Part shown: in pieces, positions 31,166-39,849 of the stretch
Layout: every line of letters begins with the position of its first letter
How positions within the stretch are numbered: position 1 is the stretch's first letter
Origin: Geopsychrobacteraceae bacterium
Lineage (GTDB): Bacteria > Desulfobacterota > Desulfuromonadia > Desulfuromonadales > Geopsychrobacteraceae
Assembly: GCA_963676795.2 (NCBI GenBank)
Contig: CAXXTB010000002.1
Coordinates: 992,001 to 1,056,000, forward strand
Direction of reading: 5' to 3'
DNA: 64,000 nt
Notes under the pieces: generated by a model
What the model was told of the DNA's origin: nothing
The model's database searches: none
Seen by the model: the letters and a program-made list of their open reading frames with translations, nothing else
Made by a program: the position numbers and the translations under genes

Positions 31166-32356
31166 ATGGGGTTGTCTGCTGTCCCGAAAGGGTTTCGTTT
31201 TGCTGGCCTGGCCAGTGGTATCAAGAAAAAGCCGGGTGTGCTCGATCTTGGGCTGATTGTCTCTGATCCTGTAGCAACCTGTGCGGGGGTCTTCACTCAG
31301 AATAAGGTGGTCGCTGCTCCGGTTCAGTTGACCCGTCCGGTTGTGCAGGGTGGCCGTTGCTGCGCCGTTCTGGTCAACAGCGGCAACGCCAACGCCTGTA
31401 CCGGGGAACAGGGGCTGGCATCTGCCGAACAGACCGCTCAGTTACTGGCAGAGCAATTGAAAGTCGATCGCAACGAGATTGCTCTGGCGTCGACGGGGGT
31501 CATTGGGGTGCAGTTGCCACTCGCTCCGTTTCAACAGCACCTGGCCAGCCTGGTCGATTCTCTTTCGGCGGAAGCGGCTCTGACCGTGGCCGAAGCGATC
31601 CGCACAACAGATGCCTTTGCCAAGGTTTCCGCCGTAGAAGGGGAGGGGCATCCCTACAGGATCCTGGGATTGGCCAAGGGCGCCGGGATGATCCACCCGA
31701 ATATGGCGACCATGCTCGGTTTTGTCATGACTGACGCCAACGTCGAACAGTCTTTCCTGCAGGCGACTCTCAGGGAGGCCGTAAACAGGTCCTTCAACTC
31801 GATCACCGTCGACCGTGATACTTCGACCAATGACATGGTCCTGGTTCTGGCCAACGGTGCGGCCGGCAATGAGCAGATCCAGGCGGGAAGTGTCGAGGCC
31901 GAGAGTTTTGCCGAGGAACTTCATCAGGTTCTTCTCGATCTGGCCAAGATGATCGTTCAGGATGGTGAGGGAGCGACCAAGCTGGTGGAAATCAGGATCA
32001 GCGGCGCGCGTTCTGAGAGTGAAGCCCGCCAGGTTGCCAGTTCGGTTGCGACCTCCTCGCTGGTCAAAACGGCCTTTTTTGGCGAGGATGCCAACTGGGG
32101 GCGGATTATCGCAGCGGCGGGATACTCCGGTGCCGATATCGACCCCGACAGGATCGCAATCAGTTTTGAGGATGTCGCCGTCGCCCGGAACGGAATGGCC
32201 GTTGCGAATCTCGATGAGGCTGCGGCAACTGCCGTTCTCAAACAACCGGAATTTACGGTCCATCTCGACCTGGGGCTGGGCAGTTCCGTCTGGAGCTACT
32301 ATACCTCTGACCTGGGTTACGAGTACATCAAGATTAACGCTGACTACCGGACCTGA
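31166..32356 (+). CDS. argJ: Bifunctional glutamate N-acetyltransferase / ornithine acetyltransferase
   Basis: NSGNANACTG, KGAGMIHPNMATML, DTSTND, DGEGATK, INADYRT. Confidence 0.97.
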   Translation: MGLSAVPKGFRFAGLASGIKKKPGVLDLGLIVSDPVATCAGVFTQNKVVAAPVQLTRPVVQGGRCCAVLVNSGNANACTGEQGLASAEQTAQLLAEQLKVDRNEIALASTGVIGVQLPLAPFQQHLASLVDSLSAEAALTVAEAIRTTDAFAKVSAVEGEGHPYRILGLAKGAGMIHPNMATMLGFVMTDANVEQSFLQATLREAVNRSFNSITVDRDTSTNDMVLVLANGAAGNEQIQAGSVEAESFAEELHQVLLDLAKMIVQDGEGATKLVEIRISGARSESEARQVASSVATSSLVKTAFFGEDANWGRIIAAAGYSGADIDPDRIAISFEDVAVARNGMAVANLDEAAATAVLKQPEFTVHLDLGLGSSVWSYYTSDLGYEYIKINADYRT

Positions 32357-32367
32357 TCAGCTGAACT

Positions 32368-33030
32368 ATGCTCAATCTTGCCGCTTATTTTGATCATACC
32401 CTGCTGGCGCCGACGGCGACTTCCGCGCAGATCGTTCAACTCTGCGAAGAAGCCGTTGAGTATGCCTTTCCAGCTGTATGTATCCCCCCGTCATTCGTCC
32501 CCTTGGCATCCCGTCAACTCTATGGATCAGGTGTACAGGTCTGTAGCGTGGTTGGATTCCCCTGCGGTTACAACACGCCTGAGAGCAAGTTGCGTGAAGC
32601 TGAGGAGCTGCTTGAGGCGGGGGCCGACGAACTGGATATGGTCATTTCCATCGGTCGTTTTCTGCAGGGGGATGAGCGGTACGTCAGGGATGAAATAGAG
32701 CAACTGGTCGTCAGCGCCGGTGCCGTTCCGGTCAAGGTCATCATTGAATGCTGTTACCTGACCCGTCAACAGATGGAACGAGCCACAGAGCTGGTTGTTG
32801 CCGCCGGTGCGGCCTATGTCAAGACATCAACCGGTTTTGGGCCTTCTGGGGCAGCTCTTGAGGATGTCAACGACCTGGTCTGCTGGTCGGCAGGGCGGAT
32901 CAAGGTCAAGGCCGCTGGTGGAATACGGAGTCTTGAGGACGCCCTTGCCTTCGTCAATGCGGGGGCAGTCAGAATCGGTTGCAGCTCCAGTGTCAGGATC
33001 ATGCAGGAGTGGAGCCTTGCCGGCCGCTGA
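32368..33030 (+). CDS. deoC: Deoxyribose-phosphate aldolase
   Basis: DHTLL, VVGFP, GADELDMV, VKTSTGF, VKAAGGIR. Confidence 0.96.
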   Translation: MLNLAAYFDHTLLAPTATSAQIVQLCEEAVEYAFPAVCIPPSFVPLASRQLYGSGVQVCSVVGFPCGYNTPESKLREAEELLEAGADELDMVISIGRFLQGDERYVRDEIEQLVVSAGAVPVKVIIECCYLTRQQMERATELVVAAGAAYVKTSTGFGPSGAALEDVNDLVCWSAGRIKVKAAGGIRSLEDALAFVNAGAVRIGCSSSVRIMQEWSLAGR

Positions 33031-34207
33031 TCAGGTTCAACAATTTCAAAGGGTTATCCTTGTCGTTCTCGATGGTGTCGGTGTCGGTGAATTGCCTGAT
33101 GCAGATCAGTACGGAGACCGCGGTGCGGCAACCCTGCAGCACGTTGCCCGCCATGCCGGCGGATTGACCGTGCCCACTCTCGAATCGCTCGGGCTTGGCA
33201 GGATTGCAGAGTTTGAGGGCGTCGGGGTCCCGCCCCTTGTCCGTGGATGCTGGGGGAAGATGGCTGAAGCCAGTGCCGGCAAGGATTCCGTGACGGGGCA
33301 CTGGGAGTTGGCCGGGCTGCAGCTCGATCAGCCTTTCGCCGTGTTCCCCGATGGCTTTCCTGATGAGATCATCGACGCTTTTTCTCTTCTGGCCGGTTGC
33401 CGACCGTTGGGGAATATCCGTTCCAGCGGTACCGATATTTTGGAACTGCTGGGTGAGGAGCATCTGCGCACCGGCAGGCCCATCGTCTACACCAGTATCG
33501 ATTCGGTTTTTCAGATTGCCGCTCATGAAGAGATCCTGCCCCCCGAACAGCTCTACGCATTATGCCAGGCAACCTTTGACATGTTGCGTCCCTACAATAT
33601 CTGCAGGGTTATCGCCCGGCCGTTCCTGGGGGATCGTCCTGTAAATTTTTATCGAACCAGCAGGCGCCACGATTATTCGCAAAAGCCGGTCAGGCCGACG
33701 TTGCTGAAGCTCTTGTGTGAGCAGGGTATCACGACCTGCGGAATAGGAAAAATCCACGATCTTTTTGCTGGTGAGGGGCTGTCGGTTACGGTAACAACCA
33801 GCGGCAATGCCGATGGTATGGACAAAACCCTGAGCGCAATGCGGCAATATAAATCAGGCCTTGTTATGACGAATCTCGTCGATTTTGATATGCTTTATGG
33901 ACATCGCCTCGACAACCATGGTTTTGCCCGGGCGCTGGAAGAGTTTGATGCCTGGCTGCCTCAACTGCAGCAGGGCATGGCGGATAAAGATCTGTTGATT
34001 ATCAGCGCCGATCACGGCTGTGATCCGGATGTTGGCGGAACCGATCATACGCGTGAATATGTTCCTCTGCTGGTTTATCATCATGGCCTGACAGAAGAGT
34101 GTTGTCTGGGGGTTCGTGGTTCATTTGCCGATGTCGCTGCTACGGTTGCGGATATTTTTGGTATTTTTTCAGATACCGGAGACAGCTTTTTGAATCTGGT
34201 TAAATAG
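33017..34207 (+). CDS. deoB: Phosphopentomutase
   Basis: LVVLDGVGVG, GKDSVTGHWE, RVIARPF, NLVDFDMLYGHR, ADHGCDP, DHTREYVP; start uncertain (TTG 33017 after GGAG). Confidence 0.93.
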   Translation: MPAADQVQQFQRVILVVLDGVGVGELPDADQYGDRGAATLQHVARHAGGLTVPTLESLGLGRIAEFEGVGVPPLVRGCWGKMAEASAGKDSVTGHWELAGLQLDQPFAVFPDGFPDEIIDAFSLLAGCRPLGNIRSSGTDILELLGEEHLRTGRPIVYTSIDSVFQIAAHEEILPPEQLYALCQATFDMLRPYNICRVIARPFLGDRPVNFYRTSRRHDYSQKPVRPTLLKLLCEQGITTCGIGKIHDLFAGEGLSVTVTTSGNADGMDKTLSAMRQYKSGLVMTNLVDFDMLYGHRLDNHGFARALEEFDAWLPQLQQGMADKDLLIISADHGCDPDVGGTDHTREYVPLLVYHHGLTEECCLGVRGSFADVAATVADIFGIFSDTGDSFLNLVK

Positions 34208-34260
34208 GTTTGCCTGTTCTGGCGAACATGGGCGTCCTTTCTTTTTATGGAGAGACAGAA

Positions 34261-34644
34261 ATGATAATCCGATTTTTAGTTGCCTGTTGTCTGGTCCTTG
34301 CCTGCTCGTCAGTCCAGGCCATGGATCTCGTCGTTGCTAAAGGGGTCATTACCACTGCTGTCGAAAACCAGCAACCGGTCGATGAGATAGAATCCTTTCC
34401 GGCCGATTACGGCAAACTGTACTGCTTTACCAGGGTTGTCGGGGCAAGTGGTGATACTGAAGTGACCCACATCTGGTATTATCAGGACCACGAAATGGCC
34501 AGGGTCTCATTGCCGGTCAGGTCGAGGGACTGGAGAACCTATTCGTCCAAGCGGGTTCTGCCAAACTGGAAAGGGGAGTGGCGTGTGGTGATTGTTGATC
34601 GGGATCAACATGAGCTTATGACCATCCCATTCGTATTGGAATAG
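34261..34644 (+). CDS. Exported DUF2914-like protein
   Basis: Signal peptide; LYCFT, HIWY, WRTYSSK, GEWRV motifs; start ATG 34261 after GGAG. Confidence 0.75.
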   Translation: MIIRFLVACCLVLACSSVQAMDLVVAKGVITTAVENQQPVDEIESFPADYGKLYCFTRVVGASGDTEVTHIWYYQDHEMARVSLPVRSRDWRTYSSKRVLPNWKGEWRVVIVDRDQHELMTIPFVLE

Positions 34645-34655
34645 TCAGGTGTAGC

Positions 34656-34688
34656 AAAAAAGGCGACCAGATCCGGGTCGCCTTTTTT
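34656..34688. terminator. Bidirectional terminator
   Basis: AAAAAAGGCGACC-N7-GGTCGCCTTTTTT between convergent genes. Confidence 0.85.
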
Positions 34689-34699
34689 ATTGCTGTGTC

Positions 34700-35125
34700 T
34701 TATTTTTTGCCGCGGGCAGCACGGGCTTTGGCGAGGTTGTCGGCCAGGCCACGATCAACAGCCATCTGGCGGCGGCTCTCGGAGTAGTTTTTGGCGGCGA
34801 GAGACTGGCTGCGAGGAATATCAAACTGTTTGCGATAATCCGACGCACTCATGTCATGGGCGGTTTTGAGGTGACGTGAGAGAGTTTTAAATCCTTTGCC
34901 ACAGATCATGCAGTAGATCTTGTCTTTGCCGAACGCTTTTTTTCTACTGATAGCTGGGGCTGATTCTTCTTCGGGGGATGGAACTTCTACTGCTTCCCCT
35001 TTTTCCAGAGAAGACAGAGCCTGATGAATTTCATTCAGTTCTGTAATCAGTTCTTCTTTGGACATTGGGGTTGTTGAGGCATGGGCGGCAATAATTTCTG
35101 CTGCCATTTCCATGATTGTTGCCAT
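34700..35125 (-). CDS. mucR: Ros/MucR-family zinc-finger transcriptional regulator
   Basis: CMICGKGFKTLSRHLKTAH, YRKQFDIP, AKNYSESRRQMA; AGGAGG RBS. Confidence 0.9.
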   Translation of the reverse strand: MATIMEMAAEIIAAHASTTPMSKEELITELNEIHQALSSLEKGEAVEVPSPEEESAPAISRKKAFGKDKIYCMICGKGFKTLSRHLKTAHDMSASDYRKQFDIPRSQSLAAKNYSESRRQMAVDRGLADNLAKARAARGKK

Positions 35126-35350
35126 AAATAGTATCCTCCTGTTTAGTTAGAGTGATAAAACAAAGATTAGCTTATCCCCCTCGCTAATTCAAATAAGGAC
35201 GTACGTTTAATATATTATTTACTGGCAGGCAAGAAAAAAACGATAGATGTAAATAGTCTCATTATTGTCGGGGTAAGTTGTTTTTCAACATATCTTGTGT
35301 TGAAATAACAGGCGGTTTTATCGGAGCTTGTTATTCCTTGGGGATGCATT

Positions 35351-36391
35351 ATGGAAATTAGAACGTCTCTTGAAGAATTAGAGGTTAGAACACTCTTTGA
35401 AAAAGCCTGTTGCAGTTTGCAAAGCAAAGGACGCATGAAACCGGGTCCGGAGTGTTCTATCCGGACCCGGTTTCAGCATGATCGTGACAGAATTTTACAC
35501 AGTAAGGCTTTTCGTCGTCTGAAATACAAGACCCAGGTCTTTCTTTCTCCTGAAGGGGATCATTATCGAACGCGTCTGACACATACCCTTGAAGTGTCAC
35601 AGGTCGCTAGAACTGTCTCCCGGGCTCTCAGGCTCAATGAAGACCTTACCGAAGCTATCGCGTTGGGGCACGATCTGGGCCATACTCCGTTCGGACACGC
35701 TGGCGAGCGGGTTCTCAACCGGCTGGTCGATGGGGGGTTTCAGCATGTCCGGCAGAGCCTGAGGGTTGTTGATCTCCTCGAAAAAGACGGCCAGGGGTTG
35801 AATTTGACCTATGAGGTTCGCGACGGGATACGCAAGCACTCAAAGGGGCAGGGTGGTCTGTTGACGCCGTCAAGTGATTGCTGTGCGATCACCCTGGAGG
35901 GGCAGGTAGTGCGTCTGGCAGATATTATTGCCTATGTCAGCCACGATCTTGATGATGCAATCCGTGGTCATGTTATCACTGCCCGGGATGTCCCTGAGGC
36001 AATCGTCTCCGTAATGGGGGAGCGGCATTCCTCGCGTATCGACCGCATGGTCAAGGATCTTCTGCGTGAAACTCTGGCCTGTGGTTGCGAAAAGATCCGG
36101 CTTTCTGGAGAAATGGATGAGGCGATCCGTGAATTGCGGGCCTGGCTATTTGATAATGTCTATCAGGCTCCCTGTGTCCAGCTTGAGTTCAATAAGGCTT
36201 CTCATCTGCTTGAAAGCCTCTATGAATATTTCGTAGAGAATGAAGCGGCGTTTGTTGCTTCTGGTGGGCGGCGTTTCGCCGATGATCCGCTCGAAGTTTC
36301 GGTTGTTGATTTTATTGCCGGTATGACCGACAGGTTTGCTTTGGCTCTGTACAAAAAGCTGTTTTTGCCTGAACCCTGGCATATTCTTTGA
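35351..36391 (+). CDS. dgt: Deoxyguanosinetriphosphate triphosphohydrolase-like HD protein
   Basis: [59 protein letters not shown]. Confidence 0.92.
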   Translation: MEIRTSLEELEVRTLFEKACCSLQSKGRMKPGPECSIRTRFQHDRDRILHSKAFRRLKYKTQVFLSPEGDHYRTRLTHTLEVSQVARTVSRALRLNEDLTEAIALGHDLGHTPFGHAGERVLNRLVDGGFQHVRQSLRVVDLLEKDGQGLNLTYEVRDGIRKHSKGQGGLLTPSSDCCAITLEGQVVRLADIIAYVSHDLDDAIRGHVITARDVPEAIVSVMGERHSSRIDRMVKDLLRETLACGCEKIRLSGEMDEAIRELRAWLFDNVYQAPCVQLEFNKASHLLESLYEYFVENEAAFVASGGRRFADDPLEVSVVDFIAGMTDRFALALYKKLFLPEPWHIL

Positions 36392-36426
36392 TGGGTAAAG
36401 TTTTATTGGAGTTTCTTTATAGTAGC

Positions 36427-36455
36427 TTGACAGTTTCTAATCTTTGTGCTAGTTT
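36427..36455 (+). promoter_or_regulatory. sigma70 promoter of the cheW-cheW-romR operon
   Basis: TTGACA-N17-TAGTTT with a TG extension. Confidence 0.6.
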
Positions 36456-36511
36456 TTCGGCAGTTTTCTTGAGAAAACACAAGGTTTTAAATCCTTGCTG
36501 AGGGGCCGATA

Positions 36512-36961
36512 GTGGAGTCACGCAACAGGCTGTTGATTTTCCGGCTCGGGGGGGTCGGTTTTGTTCTGTCACTGGGGAGTGTTGTCGAGGTCATCGACCA
36601 GATTGTCGAGAGGCTGGATTTTGAGCGGAGCGATTCTGACCACGGCATCGTAGCCGCCTTGAATTTTCGTCATACCTTGATTCCTGTTGTCGATCCAACG
36701 TTGCGTCTGGGCATCGTAAGCCCGGTGCTTCATGCCAACAGGAAAATAATCGTACTTCAGGGCACGGAAGGCAACTGGGCGCTACTGGCCGACTCCATAG
36801 ATGAATTGGCGGTCGTCCAGGATCTGAAAGACTGTCTGTTGCCATCCTGGCTGAGCCACAAGGTCAAGGGGCTGTATTCTCAAGTTAAGCTTTCCGGTAG
36901 CGAACCGTTGATTGTCTTTGAGGCGGAACATTTTTACGGAATGAATGTGAAGCCGTTATGA
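36512..36961 (+). CDS. CheW-like domain protein
   Basis: LLIFRLGG.GFVLSLGSVVEV...IPVVDPTLRLG...WALLADSIDEL fits the CheW fold pattern. Confidence 0.75.
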   Translation: MESRNRLLIFRLGGVGFVLSLGSVVEVIDQIVERLDFERSDSDHGIVAALNFRHTLIPVVDPTLRLGIVSPVLHANRKIIVLQGTEGNWALLADSIDELAVVQDLKDCLLPSWLSHKVKGLYSQVKLSGSEPLIVFEAEHFYGMNVKPL

Positions 36962-37389
36962 ACAGATTTGGTCTTTTTTGCACTGAAAAGTCAGGTTATG
37001 CCGTTCCTCTGGAGTCGATTGCTAGAATTCTTCAGGGGGGCGCAATATACCGGTTGCCCCTCGGGGGAGGGGACTGTCTGCCTGTACTGGTCATGGCTGA
37101 CAGGGTTGTTCCAATCGCCGAACCCGAAAACAGTGAAAAATGGCACTCTGCTGGTGCTGATTGTTATTTTGTTATTACCGATTCAGAGTACGGCTTACTC
37201 GCATTACCCTCTGATCTTCCCGGACGGATTACCGCCAAGGGCGAATGCGTACCGCGAGATACCGATGACGCCCCCTGGGTTGTCGGCAGATACAGGTTTC
37301 AGGATTTTGTGTATTCTATATTGAATGTTGATTGTTTGGCCATGTCCATGGCTGAACGTTATGGTTCCCGCACGGTGCCGCAGGGCTAA
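36958..37389 (+). CDS. Divergent CheW-like domain protein
   Basis: YAVPLESIARIL...RLPL...RVVPI...YGLLALP; ATGA overlap with the upstream gene. Confidence 0.6.
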   Translation: MNRFGLFCTEKSGYAVPLESIARILQGGAIYRLPLGGGDCLPVLVMADRVVPIAEPENSEKWHSAGADCYFVITDSEYGLLALPSDLPGRITAKGECVPRDTDDAPWVVGRYRFQDFVYSILNVDCLAMSMAERYGSRTVPQG

Positions 37390-37402
37390 GGAGACATTAA
37401 AC

Positions 37403-39697
37403 ATGAAAAAACTGCTGTTGGCCGATGATAGCATCACAATCCAGAAGGTCGTCGGTATTATCTTCGCGAACGAAGATTACCAGCTATCGATAGCAGATGA
37501 TGGTGAGACTGCTCTAGCCAAGGCGATGAGCGAAGTTCCTGATATGGTTATTGCCGATATTTCGATGCCTGGCAAGGACGGTTTTGAGCTGTGTCGGGCT
37601 ATAAAGAGTGAACCGTCTCTGGCCAGAACGTCGGTCCTGCTGCTGCCTGGCGCATTCGATGCCTTTGACGAAGAGAGGGCGCAGGAGGTCTGTGCCGACG
37701 GCTGGCTGACCAAACCTTTTGAATCTCAGGCGCTGCTTGACAAGGTGGCCCAGCTCATGGAGGTCGAGCCGTTGCGTCTCGTTGCTGGCGAGGTTGCCGC
37801 GCCGGTCCTCAGTGTTCCCGCTCTTGATGATGAGGAGTCCATTGGCGAAGAAGCCGCTATCCCGGAATTCGACATGGGTGTCATCGATCTTGCTGACAGC
37901 GCGTCTTCGTCTGATGACGAGGCCGAGGATATCTGGGATGCGGTCTCCTTTGAAGAAGAGGACCTGGCCGACAGCGATGAGTTTGGCGCAGAACCGCTCG
38001 CCGAAGAGGTCGCGTCCGGCGTCGAGGAGCCCGGTTCTGTTGATTTCTCAGCCTTTGATGAGGAGGTCGGGGAACTCCCGGACCTTGATACAGAGTTTGC
38101 CGATGCGCTGACCGATGAGTCAAATGTCGTTGAAAATATTGACGAACCTGCTGTGGAAGAAGCTTCGGAGGTAGCCAGCCTGACTGCGGAAAGCGCCTTT
38201 TCCGAATCTCTTGAATTGACCGATATGGCGGAAGAGCTGCCTGAGGTCGAGGATGAGCCAGTAGCTCTGTCAGCAGCCGAGACCGATGCTGCCTCTGTTG
38301 AGTTGTCGGACATTGCCGAAGAGTTGCCGGAAATTGAGTCGGAAACTGTGGTCGATCTGGCAGATGAAAGCATTATTGATGAACCTTTAGAGCTGACTGA
38401 TGGCGCTGAAGATCTGCCGGAGATTGAGACCGGGACCGAAGAGATCATTGAGCTGGTTGAGGAACTTGAGGCTGATGAGTCGCTTGAGCTGGACGAGGTT
38501 GCAGAAGAACCGGAGGCGATGGACGAAAAGCCTGAGTCCGTGTTCGAACTTGCTGATGAGGCTATTGACGAGGAACCTCTGGAGCTGACTGATGTCGTCG
38601 AAGAACTCAGCGAAGTTGGCGATGATGAAGAGCTTCTCGATCTGGCCGAAGAAGCGGTTGTTGAATCTGTGCCTGAACTGGAAGAAGAGGTTTTTGAGCC
38701 TGCCGCAGAAGAGCCAATCGAGCCAGCTTCTGTCGCTGACCTTGCTGCTGATGAGGTTGTCGAGCCTGAAGAACAGGAAGAAGTTGTTTACGACCTGAGT
38801 GAGGAAGATATTGTCAGTGCTGAAGATGTTGTCGCTGCGGTTGATGACGACCTGGCTGACGAAGAGGATTTTATCCTTGATGAGGAAGATGTTGCCGCGC
38901 CTGATTTGCTGGTTGCAGAGGCAGAGCCTGCAGGGCTTGATGAAGCCGCTGAAGTAGCGGAAGAAGTAGCGGAAGAAGTAGCGGAAGAAGTAGCGGAAGA
39001 AGTAGCGGAAGAAGTAGCGGAAGATGCCGGTTTTGTATTTGACACCTCAGAGGATGAAGAGGTCGAGGAACCAGAGGCTGCAGAAACAGCACAGGTTGAG
39101 TCGGAATTCTTTTTCAATGCCGAAGCAGCTGAAGAAGAGGAGCTGGAGGCTGAGCCTGAAGCTGAAACTGAAACTGAAATTGAAAATGCTGGCTTCTTCT
39201 TTGATTCTGCCGGGACTGAAGAGAGCACTGACGAAGATACCGAAGAAGAGGTCGATGATCTCGGTTTCTACTTTGACGCTTCGGAAGAGGATGAAGAAGA
39301 GGACGACTCAGAGCTGAGCTCCGAGGATATCAGTTTCTATTTCGATGCCTCTGTGGATGAATCTGATGTAGAAGAGGCGCAGCCCGCAGAGCAAACTGCT
39401 GCTCAGGCGGAAGAGGTAGAAATGTCTTTTGCCTCCCTGAACGAAGAACCTGAAGCTGTTGCGGCGCCTGTCGCTGCGGCCGCTGTTGCTGTCGCTCCTT
39501 CTCCTCAGCGGGTTGAAGAGCAGTTGCGGGAGCTTTCAGAAGAGGACCTCAAGGAGGTCGTTGCCAAGGTCGCCGGTCCGCTGATTGAAAAACTGGCCCA
39601 GGAGATGCTTGAGAAAATGGCCTGGGAGATCGTACCTGATCTCGCTGAGGTTATGATCAGGGAAGAGATCCGCAAGATCACCGAGGGGCAGGAATAG
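37403..39697 (+). CDS. romR: RomR-like response regulator: receiver domain, long acidic disordered linker, conserved C-terminal helices (764 aa)
   Basis: KLLLADDSITIQKVVGIIFANED receiver and C-terminal LEKMAWEIVPDLAEVMIREEIRKI resemble Myxococcus RomR; CheW-like genes upstream and valS downstream; start ATG 37403 after AGGAG. Confidence 0.82.
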   Translation: MKKLLLADDSITIQKVVGIIFANEDYQLSIADDGETALAKAMSEVPDMVIADISMPGKDGFELCRAIKSEPSLARTSVLLLPGAFDAFDEERAQEVCADGWLTKPFESQALLDKVAQLMEVEPLRLVAGEVAAPVLSVPALDDEESIGEEAAIPEFDMGVIDLADSASSSDDEAEDIWDAVSFEEEDLADSDEFGAEPLAEEVASGVEEPGSVDFSAFDEEVGELPDLDTEFADALTDESNVVENIDEPAVEEASEVASLTAESAFSESLELTDMAEELPEVEDEPVALSAAETDAASVELSDIAEELPEIESETVVDLADESIIDEPLELTDGAEDLPEIETGTEEIIELVEELEADESLELDEVAEEPEAMDEKPESVFELADEAIDEEPLELTDVVEELSEVGDDEELLDLAEEAVVESVPELEEEVFEPAAEEPIEPASVADLAADEVVEPEEQEEVVYDLSEEDIVSAEDVVAAVDDDLADEEDFILDEEDVAAPDLLVAEAEPAGLDEAAEVAEEVAEEVAEEVAEEVAEEVAEDAGFVFDTSEDEEVEEPEAAETAQVESEFFFNAEAAEEEELEAEPEAETETEIENAGFFFDSAGTEESTDEDTEEEVDDLGFYFDASEEDEEEDDSELSSEDISFYFDASVDESDVEEAQPAEQTAAQAEEVEMSFASLNEEPEAVAAPVAAAAVAVAPSPQRVEEQLRELSEEDLKEVVAKVAGPLIEKLAQEMLEKMAWEIVPDLAEVMIREEIRKITEGQE
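38951..39022 (+). repeat. Perfect 12-bp tandem repeat x6 (GAAGTAGCGGAA), encodes (EVAE)6
   Basis: Counted directly; in frame within the romR linker. Confidence 0.95.
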
Positions 39698-39739
39698 TTT
39701 TTCCCTTCACTCGGCTCTTTCCGCTCCTTTGTGAATCAG

Positions 39740-39781
39740 GGGGGAGGTATGGAAGACTTGACTTCCGCGCCTCCCCCCTTT
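39740..39781 (+). terminator. Stem-loop between romR and valS
   Basis: GGGGGAGGTATGGAAG...CTTCCGCGCCTCCCCC followed by TTTT. Confidence 0.6.
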
Positions 39782-39849
39782 ATTGTCCGCAGATTAAATC
39801 CCATCTTAAATACAGTAGAGTTCCAGTAGCAAAAAAGGATCAAAACGTC

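Noticed and set aside
35351..36391. dGTPase as an anti-phage defence gene
   Set aside because: Short housekeeping-type sequence in a core context with no defence neighbours.
38951..39022. Possible CRISPR array
   Set aside because: Contiguous 12-bp units with no spacers, inside a CDS; no cas genes.
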